From NCBI GenBank assembly GCA_031282325.1, contig JAITDY010000057.1, forward strand, positions 17,455 through 81,454: a DNA stretch of 64,000 bases. Reading direction: 5' to 3'. The translations under genes were made by a program, and so were the position numbers. Positions within the stretch are counted from its first letter, which is position 1, and each line of letters begins with the position of its first letter. Shown one piece after another: positions 9,427-18,999 of the stretch. Origin of the DNA: Lactobacillaceae bacterium (GTDB lineage Bacteria > Bacillota > Bacilli > Lactobacillales > Lactobacillaceae). The notes under the pieces were generated by a model. The model had not been told where the DNA came from and ran no database searches. It saw nothing but the letters and a program-made list of their open reading frames with translations.

Positions 9427-11274
9427 TCATTCATTTAGATGGAAATAATAACTAGAAATCGTAATGTCATCCCTATTCACGAATTTTTGACGCAGTCTAA
9501 AAGCTGTTTGGTTATGCAGAATTTTTTGCCAATGATGTTTAGGTACAAATTGCGGAATCATAACAGTTAATGAATAATTTTTATTAGCCGCTTTTTTTGC
9601 AATTGAATTAATAAACTCACTCGTAGGAATCAAGACATTTCGATATGATGAATGGATATCAACATAACGTATATCAGGAAAGAACTCTTCAAATTGTTTG
9701 GTTGTTTTATTTTCTTTTGCTTTATCGATATCAAAAGATACGTGCATACCAATTACTTCATCGGAAATTGACTTAGCATAATTAATCGCAGAAACCGTTA
9801 CTTTAGTTACGTTTCCTAACAGCACAATCGTAATTGCACCACTATAATCCTTACGCATTTTCTTTAATTCCCTTTTATCTAGTTTTAACTGGTGTGCAAT
9901 ACTTTGATAATGTTTATGGACAACCAAAAAGAAACGAATAATTAAAGGCATGAAAATAAAATATGGCCAAACTTGCTTAAAGTGTAAAACAAACATCGTT
10001 GCAACTAATATAAAAGAAATTAATGCTCCAATGAAATTTATAATTGATTTTATCTTCCAATACGATCCTTTTTCCCTAAACCAATGAATAATCATCCCTG
10101 ACTGGCTTAACGTAAAAGGAACGAAAACGCCGATTGCATAAAGCGGAATCAAACTTTCCACATCACCTTTAAAGATTAACAACAATATTATTGCACCAAT
10201 AGATAGACTGATAATTCCGTTCGAAAATCCTAAACGATCTCCTCTATCTTTATATAAATGGGGCATAAATTTATCATTAGCTAATGAATATGCTAGCATC
10301 GGAAACGCTGAAAAACCAGTGTTGGCTGCAACAGACAAAATCATTGCGGTTGCTAATTGGATAATATAAAAACCAATCGTTGTGTTCCCCCCCATTGTAA
10401 CTGCAGCAATTTGAGATAACACTGTTCCTGAACTAGTTAATGGATTAATTTTATATGCAAAACTTAAAAAGGTAATTCCAGCAAAGAAGACTGCCAGAAT
10501 TATTGACATTATTATTAAAGTTTTAGAAGCATTTTTAGTTTTTGGTTCATTAAAACTAGGAACCGCATTAGAAATAGCCTCAACACCAGTTAATGATGAA
10601 GAACCACTAGAAAACGCTCTTAGAAAAAGGATTATACTAATTGGTTTTACAATACTAGAAATATTAGTAGCAATTTGATTGGGTATATTTCCAGTAGCGA
10701 CACGAACAAAACCAATTATCAGCATTAAGAAAATGACAGCAATAAAAAAATAAACCGGAACCATTAGAAAATTGGCTGATTCGCGTAAACCTCGTAAATT
10801 CATCCCCATTAGTAATAAAACTAAAACGATTGAAATTATAAGCATAAATTTATGCAATTCTGGAAAAGCCGAAGTAATTGCCTGACTTGCAGCGGCTACT
10901 GAAACAGCCACTGTAAGCATATAGTCTACTAATAAAGAACCACCAGCAACCAAACCCGCTCCTTTGCCCCAATTTTTAGAGGAAACCACATAGGCTCCTC
11001 CTCCAGAGGGATAAGCATGAATAATCATGACATAAGAAAGAGTAATTGCAGCTAGCAAAATTAAAACGAGTGCTGCAATTGGCAACTGCAACCATAAAGC
11101 AGTGGCTGAAGCTCCCGCTAACACAGTAGTAATCATTTCCGTACCATAAGCAACTGAAGATAATGCATCTGATGATAATAGAGCAAGTGCTTTAACTTTA
11201 CCTAATTTTTGCGATTCTTCATCTAGAGTTTTTAATGGTTTTCCAATTAATATTCTTTTTAAGAAATTCCACAT
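9427..11274 (-). CDS. kimA: KimA/YdaO-like APC-fold potassium transporter
   Basis: LSSDALSSVAYG, YPSGGGAY, LLVDYMLTVAVS, LTGVEAISN, C-terminal cytosolic domain ending LHNQTA. Confidence 0.8.
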   Translation of the reverse strand: MWNFLKRILIGKPLKTLDEESQKLGKVKALALLSSDALSSVAYGTEMITTVLAGASATALWLQLPIAALVLILLAAITLSYVMIIHAYPSGGGAYVVSSKNWGKGAGLVAGGSLLVDYMLTVAVSVAAASQAITSAFPELHKFMLIISIVLVLLLMGMNLRGLRESANFLMVPVYFFIAVIFLMLIIGFVRVATGNIPNQIATNISSIVKPISIILFLRAFSSGSSSLTGVEAISNAVPSFNEPKTKNASKTLIIMSIILAVFFAGITFLSFAYKINPLTSSGTVLSQIAAVTMGGNTTIGFYIIQLATAMILSVAANTGFSAFPMLAYSLANDKFMPHLYKDRGDRLGFSNGIISLSIGAIILLLIFKGDVESLIPLYAIGVFVPFTLSQSGMIIHWFREKGSYWKIKSIINFIGALISFILVATMFVLHFKQVWPYFIFMPLIIRFFLVVHKHYQSIAHQLKLDKRELKKMRKDYSGAITIVLLGNVTKVTVSAINYAKSISDEVIGMHVSFDIDKAKENKTTKQFEEFFPDIRYVDIHSSYRNVLIPTSEFINSIAKKAANKNYSLTVMIPQFVPKHHWQKILHNQTAFRLRQKFVNRDDITISSYYFHLNE

Positions 11275-11281
11275 TTAAAAG

Positions 11282-12250
11282 TTACTCCACAGTAATTGAT
11301 TCAATTTTTACTGGGGATTCTGGTTTTGATTCTTCACCAGATTCACTAGTAGTAACTTTTCCGTTTTGAATTTTATCTAAAACGTCCAAACCTTCAATTA
11401 CTTGTCCAAAAACTGTATAACCACCATCTAAATATGGCGCACCACCCTTTTTATATTCTTCTAATATTTTATCTGGATAAGATTTTTTATCTGTAATTTG
11501 AGAAGTAGCATCTTTAGTATTTGTAACGATGAAAAACTGACTTCCATTTGAATTTTCTTGCCCAGTATTAGCCATCGAAAGAGCTCCTAATAAGTTATAT
11601 AGCTTAGGAGTAATTTCATTCTTAAAACCAGTTCCGGCATCAATTTTAGTATTTTTCTTATTCCAAATTGAAGTTCCACCGGTTCCTTTATTATCTGGAT
11701 CGCCACTTTGAACCATAAAGTCTTTCATTACACGGAAAAACTCAACCCCGTTATAGTATCCTTCTTTAGCGTGGGTAACAAAGTTTTCAGCCGCAAGTGG
11801 GGCTAGCTTATCAAAAATTTTGAAGGTAATATCACCTTCGGTCGTTTTCATAACGACCTTAGTTTCACCTTTTTCGATATTTTTATTTAATTGGGGTAGT
11901 TCCATTTTATTTAATTCCTTTTTTGAATACTTAGCATTTAGTTTTGAAGCAGCTTCTGATGAAGCAGCAGCTTCGCTACTTTGTTTAGCTTGCAATGCTT
12001 GTTCTTGTTTTACATTGACAACAGAAAAAATTTCATATCCAACACCTGCAAGCGTCAAAACCGCAATTACCGGTATAAAGTATTTTAGAAAAATAGATTT
12101 CTTTTCGTTTTCATTTTTAGAATCTATTTCTGTTTTCTTTTGAATATTATTTTGTTGATTGTTATTTTCAATCTTAGAATTTAGTGGTTTTTTTGCTGCG
12201 TTATTTTTAGCAGTATTATTCGTCTTCGAATCTTTTTTTATTTTAGCCAT
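11282..12250 (-). CDS. Membrane-anchored cyclophilin-type peptidyl-prolyl isomerase
   Basis: Basic N-tail, single TM, FFRVMKDFMVQSGDP, GALSMAN, NGSQFFIV, YTVFGQV; start placed at ATG 12250. Confidence 0.85.
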   Translation of the reverse strand: MAKIKKDSKTNNTAKNNAAKKPLNSKIENNNQQNNIQKKTEIDSKNENEKKSIFLKYFIPVIAVLTLAGVGYEIFSVVNVKQEQALQAKQSSEAAASSEAASKLNAKYSKKELNKMELPQLNKNIEKGETKVVMKTTEGDITFKIFDKLAPLAAENFVTHAKEGYYNGVEFFRVMKDFMVQSGDPDNKGTGGTSIWNKKNTKIDAGTGFKNEITPKLYNLLGALSMANTGQENSNGSQFFIVTNTKDATSQITDKKSYPDKILEEYKKGGAPYLDGGYTVFGQVIEGLDVLDKIQNGKVTTSESGEESKPESPVKIESITVE

Positions 12251-12274
12251 AGATAACATTTTAACGCAAAAATA

Positions 12275-12298
12275 AAAGGACTTGTAGATAAGTCCTTT
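12275..12298 (-). terminator. Intrinsic terminator of TM2-domain gene
   Basis: AAAGGACTT / AAGTCCTTT stem followed by T-rich tract on minus strand. Confidence 0.65.
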
Positions 12299-12314
12299 AA
12301 ACAAAAATTAGAAA

Positions 12315-12971
12315 TTAAATTTGAATATTTCCGTTAGCGTCAGCTTTCTTATTGAATGACATAATTCCATCAATTATTCCAGCTAACCACACAATTGCAA
12401 AGACAAACCAGAAAAATTTCAATCCAGCAACACCAGCCAATAATAATGAAATAACTGATACAGCTGCGTATAAGGCACCGATTAAATTGTCCTTAGCATA
12501 AAACTTATGAATGCCGAATTGCCCAAACACAACAGCTAAGATAATATAAATATTTTTTACAACTGTTGTTTTATCTTGCAAATCTGCTTGCGCAATTTTA
12601 GTTGCAGATTCTAATTCTTTTTTTGCTTGTTCAGTAACATTAGTAGCAGTTTGTTTAGCCTTAGTAGCTACGTTTTCAACAGCTTCTTTTGCATTATTTG
12701 CAACACTTGAAACTTTTGTTTCAGTTGCACTAACCTTTTTAGTTGTAGCTTTTTTAACACCTGCTGTTTTAATAGTTGCTTTTTTAGCGGTCGTAGCAAC
12801 CTTTGCAGTTGCTTTTTTAGCAGTTGTAGCTGTTTTAGTAGCAACTTTTTTAGCAGTTGTTGTTCCTTTTTTAGCGGTTGTTTTTGCCTTAGTAGTTACA
12901 CTTTTGGTGGCTGCTGCAGCTTTTTTTGCAACAGGTTTTTTTGTAGTTGTTTTCTTAGTTGAATCGGCCAT
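12315..12971 (-). CDS. TM2-domain membrane protein with long Lys/Ala/Thr-rich N-terminus
   Basis: YIILAVVFGQFGIHKFY TM2 signature; N-terminal TTAKK/KKAT repeats. Confidence 0.75.
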   Translation of the reverse strand: MADSTKKTTTKKPVAKKAAAATKSVTTKAKTTAKKGTTTAKKVATKTATTAKKATAKVATTAKKATIKTAGVKKATTKKVSATETKVSSVANNAKEAVENVATKAKQTATNVTEQAKKELESATKIAQADLQDKTTVVKNIYIILAVVFGQFGIHKFYAKDNLIGALYAAVSVISLLLAGVAGLKFFWFVFAIVWLAGIIDGIMSFNKKADANGNIQI

Positions 12972-13072
12972 TATTTTTTCCCCTTATTTTTAGACAAATA
13001 TTAATTTATCAAAATTTAAACTTTTTCACAAATTTATTTATAATATTAACTTTAACATTTTTTATTAATTAA

Positions 13073-14410
13073 CTAATTTTGTATTTTTTGGGTGAAAAAA
13101 TAGACCACTAAACCTAATACTGCTCCTATTAAAGCTGGAATCAACCAGCCAAAACCTTCCAAAGAAAATGGTACTAGTTGATGATATACATCAATAATAT
13201 TTTTTACTAATTTATTGGTTGCTAATGGTGAACTAGCTAACGCGTCAATAAAAGCAGGTAATGTGACAAAGGCAACTGTAAATTGATAAACAAGAGTATT
13301 TCGATTAAATAATTTGTTGAATAATGATAATAAAATTAGAACCATTGCAAAGGGATAAAGCAACATTAACACTGGAATGGACCAAGCAATTATTTTTGTC
13401 AATCCAGCGTTGGCAGTTATAAATGATCCGACTGCAATTACTTTTAGCCAGCTATTATAAGAAACTTTAGGAAATGCTCGATGCAAGTCTTGAGCAAAGG
13501 ATACAAATAATCCCATCGCCGTTGTAAAAACAGCTAAAGTTACAATAATTCCAGTAGTTAAGGTTCCCAAATTACCAGTATAATGGCCGATAATTGAAGC
13601 AAATGCGTCTCCACCATTAGCTGCTGCTTTAAAGGTACCTAAACTAGAAACACCTAATAATACAAGGGCAGCATAAATAACTGCCTCGGCAACAACTGCC
13701 AATAATCCAGACTTGGCCATTACCTTAGAAACTTGATTATCATGAAAACCAAAGCCCTTAATTGCATAAACAACAGAAACTGAAAGAGCTAATAAAGCTA
13801 CTCCGTCCATAGTATTATATCCGTCTAATATTCCCGTAAGGCCGGCGTTGACTTGATAAGCTTTTGAAACGGTTTGGTCTACGCCACCCATTGGCAAGAT
13901 AAAGGCTAAAACCAAAACGATAACTAACAGTGACATTAATATTGGATTCAAATATTTTCCAACCCACTTCATCAATCCAGATTCCTTAATAGCTAAAACA
14001 TAAGCAGTTGCAAAAAATATTGCAGAAAAAATCAGCATTGCAAGCCATTGATATTTGGTAGGGACAAAAGGCGATATGCCCATCGAAAATGCAGTTGCAG
14101 CTGTTCTTGGCGTTCCAAAAAGTGGCCCAATTGTTAAATGAATAGCTACTAAAAAAGCGGTTCCAAACCATGGTGCTACCGGTTTGGCTACATCATACAC
14201 GCTCTGACTTCGAGTAACGCTGACGGCCAACATTGCCAAAAATGGTAGTAGAGTTCCGGTAACCAAAAAGCCTAAAGTTGCCGGTAACCAATTACCTCCA
14301 GCTAATTGACCTAGTTGGACTGGGAAAATTAAATTACCGGCCCCAAACATCATCCCGAAAATTAGCGATGATAATAAAAAAAGTTGTTTAAATGTTAATT
14401 TTTCTTCCAT
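13073..14410 (-). CDS. brnQ: Branched-chain amino acid:cation symporter (LIVCS)
   Basis: FGAGNLIFP, GPLFGTPRTA, GKYLNP, GYNTMD, LYP motifs. Confidence 0.93.
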   Translation of the reverse strand: MEEKLTFKQLFLLSSLIFGMMFGAGNLIFPVQLGQLAGGNWLPATLGFLVTGTLLPFLAMLAVSVTRSQSVYDVAKPVAPWFGTAFLVAIHLTIGPLFGTPRTAATAFSMGISPFVPTKYQWLAMLIFSAIFFATAYVLAIKESGLMKWVGKYLNPILMSLLVIVLVLAFILPMGGVDQTVSKAYQVNAGLTGILDGYNTMDGVALLALSVSVVYAIKGFGFHDNQVSKVMAKSGLLAVVAEAVIYAALVLLGVSSLGTFKAAANGGDAFASIIGHYTGNLGTLTTGIIVTLAVFTTAMGLFVSFAQDLHRAFPKVSYNSWLKVIAVGSFITANAGLTKIIAWSIPVLMLLYPFAMVLILLSLFNKLFNRNTLVYQFTVAFVTLPAFIDALASSPLATNKLVKNIIDVYHQLVPFSLEGFGWLIPALIGAVLGLVVYFFTQKIQN

Positions 14411-14427
14411 ATTTTCTCCTTAAAAAT

Positions 14428-14457
14428 AAAAAAGACAAACTGTTTAACAGCTTGTCC
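14428..14457 (-). terminator. Attenuator terminator in brnQ leader
   Basis: Minus strand GGACAAGCTGT-TAA-ACAGTTTGTC followed by TTTTTT, just upstream of brnQ SD. Confidence 0.85.
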
Positions 14458-14530
14458 TAGAGTGTAATTTCGGTTGGCTGCCTATCTTAACTTGAAGATA
14501 ATGATAGGCACACAAATTATCAGCACCTTA

Positions 14531-14590
14531 TCATTTAATGATAATAATGCTGATAATAATTTGTGTAGTTGTTCCTGAAAAGTTTCTCAT
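14531..14590 (-). CDS. Putative Ile-sensing leader peptide MRNFSGTTTQIIISIIIIK (19 aa)
   Basis: ATG 14590 to TGA 14531; 7 Ile and 3 Thr codons; lies between a consensus promoter and the terminator preceding brnQ. Confidence 0.8.
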   Translation of the reverse strand: MRNFSGTTTQIIISIIIIK

Positions 14591-14609
14591 AATTTTTATT
14601 TGTAGGGTT

Positions 14610-14638
14610 ATTATATCCAGTTATTTTTTAGTTGTCAA
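14610..14638 (-). promoter_or_regulatory. Consensus sigma-A promoter of leader-brnQ transcript
   Basis: TTGACA-17 nt-TATAAT on minus strand. Confidence 0.9.
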
Positions 14639-14662
14639 TAAAAAATTATCATTTTTGCAGTG

Positions 14663-14691
14663 TTGCAAAAAATTAAATAAAAAATTACCAT
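14663..14691 (+). promoter_or_regulatory. Sigma-A promoter of ABC exporter (leaderless geometry)
   Basis: TTGCAA-17 nt-TACCAT, 6 nt before ATG 14698, no SD. Confidence 0.6.
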
Positions 14692-14697
14692 TAAGTA

Positions 14698-16470
14698 ATG
14701 AGAAACCACGTAGATTACAAGGGGATTAAACCCCAACACACATTATTTCAAATGCTAAAATATGTTTTTGCTTCTGTTTTAAAAAGACGCTGGATGGTAG
14801 TTATCAATATTTTACTTTTAACTATTATTGCAGGATTGGAATTTATCGTCCCTCAATTTACATCAAAAATTATTAATCATGTTGTTAGTAATGGCAAAAG
14901 TAGTTATTTATTGCAACAAATATTTTTAATGCTAATTTCGATTTTATTAATGGGATTTTTGAATTTTTTAAGTTCATACTGGATGCAAAAATTAAGTCAG
15001 GAATCAATTACAGAACTTAGGATGCGTTTATATAATTTCGTTTTGAAGCAAGATTTTTCCTTTTTTCAAAATACAAAAACTGGTGATTTGATGACACGAA
15101 TGACTGGTGACATTTCTAATTTACAAAGCTTAATTAGTAGCGATACTTTTGGTATCGTGGGTAATATTTTTACCTTTATTGGAGTATTAGGATTTTTATA
15201 TTGGCAAAATTGGAAATTAGCTTTTTTAATTACTCTAACATTCCCATTTTTATTTATTGCTATTCGCTTTTTTCGAGGCAAGATGCAAAGTGCTTATAAC
15301 ATGGTGAGAAGTAATCAATCTGAAATAAATAATCACTTACAAAATTCTCTTACACAAATTGAATTAATTAAAAACTACACTACTGAGACAAAAGAAACTA
15401 ATGAATTTAATCAAATTATTCGTAAAGGAAATAAATACCAATTAACCGCTACTATTTGGCAGGCGATTTTTACACCGGTTGTTTCTTTTATTAACCAATT
15501 TGGACTAGCAATTGTTTTATTTTTCGGTGGAATTTACGTAATGAAAGGTGACATGAATATCGGTGATTTAATTGCATATACCCAGTATTTAGCTTTGTTA
15601 CAAGCGCCTATTCGTTCTTTTTCACAAATTATAAATCGTATTCAAAATGCCCAAATTTCCTTTGATAGAATTAGTGAATTACTAGATGTAATTCCTGAAG
15701 TTACTAACTCTCAAAACGCAGTCGTATTTCCAAATATCTTAAAAAATGGGATTACTTTTAAAAAAGTGGATTTCACTTATAAGGGTACAAAAAAAGAATC
15801 ATTAAAAAATATTAATTTAGAGATTCCTGCTGGAAAAACGACGGCACTGGTTGGTAGAAGTGGGGCTGGAAAATCTACTATAATCAAATTAATTACTCGT
15901 ATGTACGATGTTAATAAAGGCGAAATCGATTTCGATGATATTAACATTAAAGATATTGACCTCGAATCGTTAAGAAAAAATATTTCAGTAGTTAGCCAAG
16001 ATGTTGCTATTATCGATGGAAGTGTTGCAGAAAATATTGCTTATGGGAGCGACAAAGCAAGTAAAAAAGAAATTTTAGAAGCTGCTAAATTAGCCGATAT
16101 CGATGATTTCATTAATAAATTACCTCAAGGACTAAATACACAAGTGGGAGAGAGAGGGATTAAATTATCTGGTGGACAAAAGCAAAGATTATCGATTGCT
16201 CGCGCTTTATTAAAAAATGCTCCAATTGTTATTTTAGATGAAGCGACTGCGGCCTTAGATAATGAATCAGAAAAAACTATTCAACATGCCTTAAATAATC
16301 TAATGGTGAAGAAAACTAGCATCGTAATTGCTCACCGTTTAAGCACTGTGCATAATGCTGATCAAATAATTGTTTTGAATGATGGCAAAATAGTCGAACG
16401 TGGAACGCATGACCAACTAATTCAAAAAAATGGTCGTTATACAAAGCTCTATAATGCACAATTTGAATAA
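14698..16470 (+). CDS. Stand-alone ABC exporter (Sav1866/MsbA-type TMD+NBD)
   Basis: GRSGAGKST, LSGGQKQR, DEATAALD, AHRLST. Confidence 0.88.
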   Translation: MRNHVDYKGIKPQHTLFQMLKYVFASVLKRRWMVVINILLLTIIAGLEFIVPQFTSKIINHVVSNGKSSYLLQQIFLMLISILLMGFLNFLSSYWMQKLSQESITELRMRLYNFVLKQDFSFFQNTKTGDLMTRMTGDISNLQSLISSDTFGIVGNIFTFIGVLGFLYWQNWKLAFLITLTFPFLFIAIRFFRGKMQSAYNMVRSNQSEINNHLQNSLTQIELIKNYTTETKETNEFNQIIRKGNKYQLTATIWQAIFTPVVSFINQFGLAIVLFFGGIYVMKGDMNIGDLIAYTQYLALLQAPIRSFSQIINRIQNAQISFDRISELLDVIPEVTNSQNAVVFPNILKNGITFKKVDFTYKGTKKESLKNINLEIPAGKTTALVGRSGAGKSTIIKLITRMYDVNKGEIDFDDINIKDIDLESLRKNISVVSQDVAIIDGSVAENIAYGSDKASKKEILEAAKLADIDDFINKLPQGLNTQVGERGIKLSGGQKQRLSIARALLKNAPIVILDEATAALDNESEKTIQHALNNLMVKKTSIVIAHRLSTVHNADQIIVLNDGKIVERGTHDQLIQKNGRYTKLYNAQFE

Positions 16471-16471
16471 G

Positions 16472-16504
16472 AAAAAATCTCGTAAGTATATTACGAGATT
16501 TTTT
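16472..16504. terminator. Bidirectional intrinsic terminator
   Basis: AAAAAATCTCGTAA / TTACGAGATTTTTT between convergent genes. Confidence 0.9.
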
Positions 16505-16511
16505 ATACTAT

Positions 16512-17462
16512 TTATCTGGCGTCGACTACAGTCCAACCATTAGCAAAGCCAATTCCGACTTCAGTAATATTGGGATTAATTAAAAATTCAGTATGTCCGC
16601 CATTGACCATTCCAATTTCATAATACCAAGCATCGATAACTGATTGCCCGGGTGCAAAACCGTTTGCGACAACTTCTAACATTGATGAGGCCTCGTGGGT
16701 TGCAAACCAATTAGAAGATGAGCCGATCGCTAGTGCTCTTTGAGTAGCGATTGCATTAATACTAGTATTAACTTTTACTGGATTCAAGCCTAATTTTGCT
16801 CGCAATTGATTCCAATAATTTAATGTATCAACAACAGCTTGTCCGCCTTGTGCAGCGATTTGCTCATCGTTAGCACGCTTAGCAGCTAAATCAGTAGTAG
16901 TGATAGCATTTTTATTTACCCAATAATTTTGGTTATCTAAATTAATTTGAGCATAAGTAGTAATTGTTCCATCTGGATTTTTAACTTCAGATTCTGCTTT
17001 TACTTGAATTGGTTTTTCATTTAAATCTTTTGTATTTAGAGATTCTTTTAAAGAGTCTTTAGAAGTATTCTGTGGGGCATTTTCAAATAATCCATAAAAC
17101 TTATCATCATTTGCAGTAATGAAAGCCTTGTAATCTTTTGAATCCGTTTTTTGAACTTTAGCAAAATCGTTTACTTGGTCTTTATCGACCCAAGTAGGAT
17201 TTTGTTTGTTTTGTTGGATCATAACTCTTTCAACAGTTTTACCCTCTTTTTCTACTTTTGCAGTAGCTAACAATTGTACGGGTTGATTATTGTAGATCTT
17301 ATGTTTAACTTTTGTAGTTCCGTTGTTTAGTAAAGAATCGGGATTAACATTAAGAACTTTGTTTGATTCTGAATCAACTATTTGATTTGAATTATGAACA
17401 TTGCCTAAAGCAAGTGATGTAATTGTGGTTGGTAGTAATAATATTGTATTTAAAATTTTCAT
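16512..17462 (-). CDS. Secreted protein with two GW/SH3-like repeats and C-terminal CAP (SCP) domain
   Basis: Signal peptide; TWVDKDQV and YWVNKNAI repeat ends; CAP motifs NQLRAKLGLNP, VIDAWY, GHTEFLINPNITEVGIG. Confidence 0.7.
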   Translation of the reverse strand: MKILNTILLLPTTITSLALGNVHNSNQIVDSESNKVLNVNPDSLLNNGTTKVKHKIYNNQPVQLLATAKVEKEGKTVERVMIQQNKQNPTWVDKDQVNDFAKVQKTDSKDYKAFITANDDKFYGLFENAPQNTSKDSLKESLNTKDLNEKPIQVKAESEVKNPDGTITTYAQINLDNQNYWVNKNAITTTDLAAKRANDEQIAAQGGQAVVDTLNYWNQLRAKLGLNPVKVNTSINAIATQRALAIGSSSNWFATHEASSMLEVVANGFAPGQSVIDAWYYEIGMVNGGHTEFLINPNITEVGIGFANGWTVVDAR

Positions 17463-17586
17463 AGGTATTTCCTCAACTTTTATAGAATACCGATTTTAAA
17501 TGACAGATAAATAGCGATAATTTTACAATTTTTGACAAAGAAGGTCACATTCGTAATATTTGTAATAAGTAAAGTTTTTCTAAAGA

Positions 17587-17618
17587 AAAACACTTAGTAA
17601 TATTTTACTAAGTGTTTT
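17587..17618 (-). terminator. Intrinsic terminator after rlmD
   Basis: AAAACACTTAGTAA / TTACTAAGTGTTTT. Confidence 0.85.
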
Positions 17619-18996
17619 ATTTATTAAGCATTTTTTCAAAAACCGTAATCGATTCGATATGCATTGTTTGCGGAAATTGATCAATCGGTAAGATTGGTCT
17701 TGAAATTTTATAACCTTTTTCAATAATTTCAACAGCATCACGAGCTAATGTCGCTGGATTACAACTAACGTATATAAATTTATTTGGAGCCATTTCTCCA
17801 AGTGCTGAAATTAATTCTGGAGTTAGACCTTTTCTCGGCGGATCAACAAAAACAACGTCGGGCTTTAAACCTTCTTTAGACCATTTTATAAATTGTTCTG
17901 GCGCGTCATTTGCAATGAAATCAGCATTTTTTATTTCATTGGTTTCTTTATTAATTTGAGCATTTTTTACTGCTGCTTCTACAACTTCAACCCCGATAAC
18001 TTGTTTTACCTTATTAGCAATTGACAGCCCAATTGTTCCAATTCCGGAATAAGCATCAATAGCTATTTCATCTCCATTTAATTCTGCTAATTCAGCGGCT
18101 TTTTGATATAAAATTTCTGTCGTTTGCGGATTGACTTGATAAAAAGAATTAGGACTAATTACAAAATCAATACCTAATAGCTTATCGTGAATAACATCGT
18201 TCCCCGCTAAAGTTCTATTTTCTAGTCCTAATTGGACATTAGTTTGCTTTGGATTGTGATTTAAAATTAAACTAGTTAAATCAGGAATTGCTTTTTTTAA
18301 ATCTGAAATAATATTTTCTTCGTTTGGTAATTTATTTTCAGTTGCCACAATAACTAACATTAATTCGCCAGTAAAATAACCACGACGAACCATTACATAA
18401 CGCAAAATGCCCTTACGCGAAATTTCATCATATGCACTGACATTATGTTTATTTAAAATATCACGCGTAATTCCAACCACTTGATCGATTTTAGAATCAT
18501 TTAAATAATAATCATCAATTGGAACAATTTTATGCGAGCCACGACGATAAAATCCAGTCGTTAATTTTCCGTCTTGATATTTAATTGGTACAACGGTTTT
18601 ATTGCGATATCGGGTTGGATTCTCCATTCCGATTGTTGGCAAAATATCTACATCGTCAATCCCAACTTTATGAAAAAGTTGTTTGATAGAGTTTTGTTTG
18701 AACTTTAATTGCGATTCGTATTTCCAATTAACCAACGGAGCGATTCCACTAGTAATCATTTCGGCATGCTCATTTTCTATGCGTTCAGGAGAGGTTTTAA
18801 TTCTTTTAATCAATCGGCCAAAAGCATAGTTGTTTAAAACCTTTGTTATACCTAATTGAACGATTTCACCGGGCAGGGTGTCTGCTACAAAAATAGGGAA
18901 ATTATCGATTTTAATAACACCCAAACCTTCATATGTTACATCAACTACTTCACCGGTAATTTCTTGGTTTTTTTCTACTATATTGTTTGTTTTCAT
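17617..18996 (-). CDS. rlmD: 23S rRNA m5U1939 methyltransferase
   Basis: TRAM domain, SFYQVN, DAYSGIGTIG, VDPPRKG, YVSCNPATLARD, DQFPQT. Confidence 0.9.
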   Translation of the reverse strand: MKTNNIVEKNQEITGEVVDVTYEGLGVIKIDNFPIFVADTLPGEIVQLGITKVLNNYAFGRLIKRIKTSPERIENEHAEMITSGIAPLVNWKYESQLKFKQNSIKQLFHKVGIDDVDILPTIGMENPTRYRNKTVVPIKYQDGKLTTGFYRRGSHKIVPIDDYYLNDSKIDQVVGITRDILNKHNVSAYDEISRKGILRYVMVRRGYFTGELMLVIVATENKLPNEENIISDLKKAIPDLTSLILNHNPKQTNVQLGLENRTLAGNDVIHDKLLGIDFVISPNSFYQVNPQTTEILYQKAAELAELNGDEIAIDAYSGIGTIGLSIANKVKQVIGVEVVEAAVKNAQINKETNEIKNADFIANDAPEQFIKWSKEGLKPDVVFVDPPRKGLTPELISALGEMAPNKFIYVSCNPATLARDAVEIIEKGYKISRPILPIDQFPQTMHIESITVFEKMLNK

Positions 18997-18999
18997 ATA

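Noticed and set aside
12700-12960. Repetitive DNA suggesting an array
   Set aside because: Degenerate coding repeats of a K/A/T-rich protein; no repeat-spacer structure.
14568-14583. CodY box-like ACTTTTCAGGAACAA in the brnQ leader
   Set aside because: Five mismatches to AATTTTCWGAAAATT in AT-rich DNA.
14538-14729. 63-aa + strand ORF MIIMLIIICVV...
   Set aside because: Antisense to the brnQ leader peptide and crosses two promoters; the minus-strand uORF explains the ATT/ATC repeats.
17520-17570. WalR-like TGTNAH repeats and ComX-like TACGAATG upstream of the CAP gene
   Set aside because: Spacings are 3, 4 or 6 nt rather than 5, and the cin-box match is imperfect.
18730-18790. RlmD lacks the 4Fe-4S cysteines (TSGIAPL)
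   Set aside because: Common in lactobacillus RlmD proteins, so not novel.
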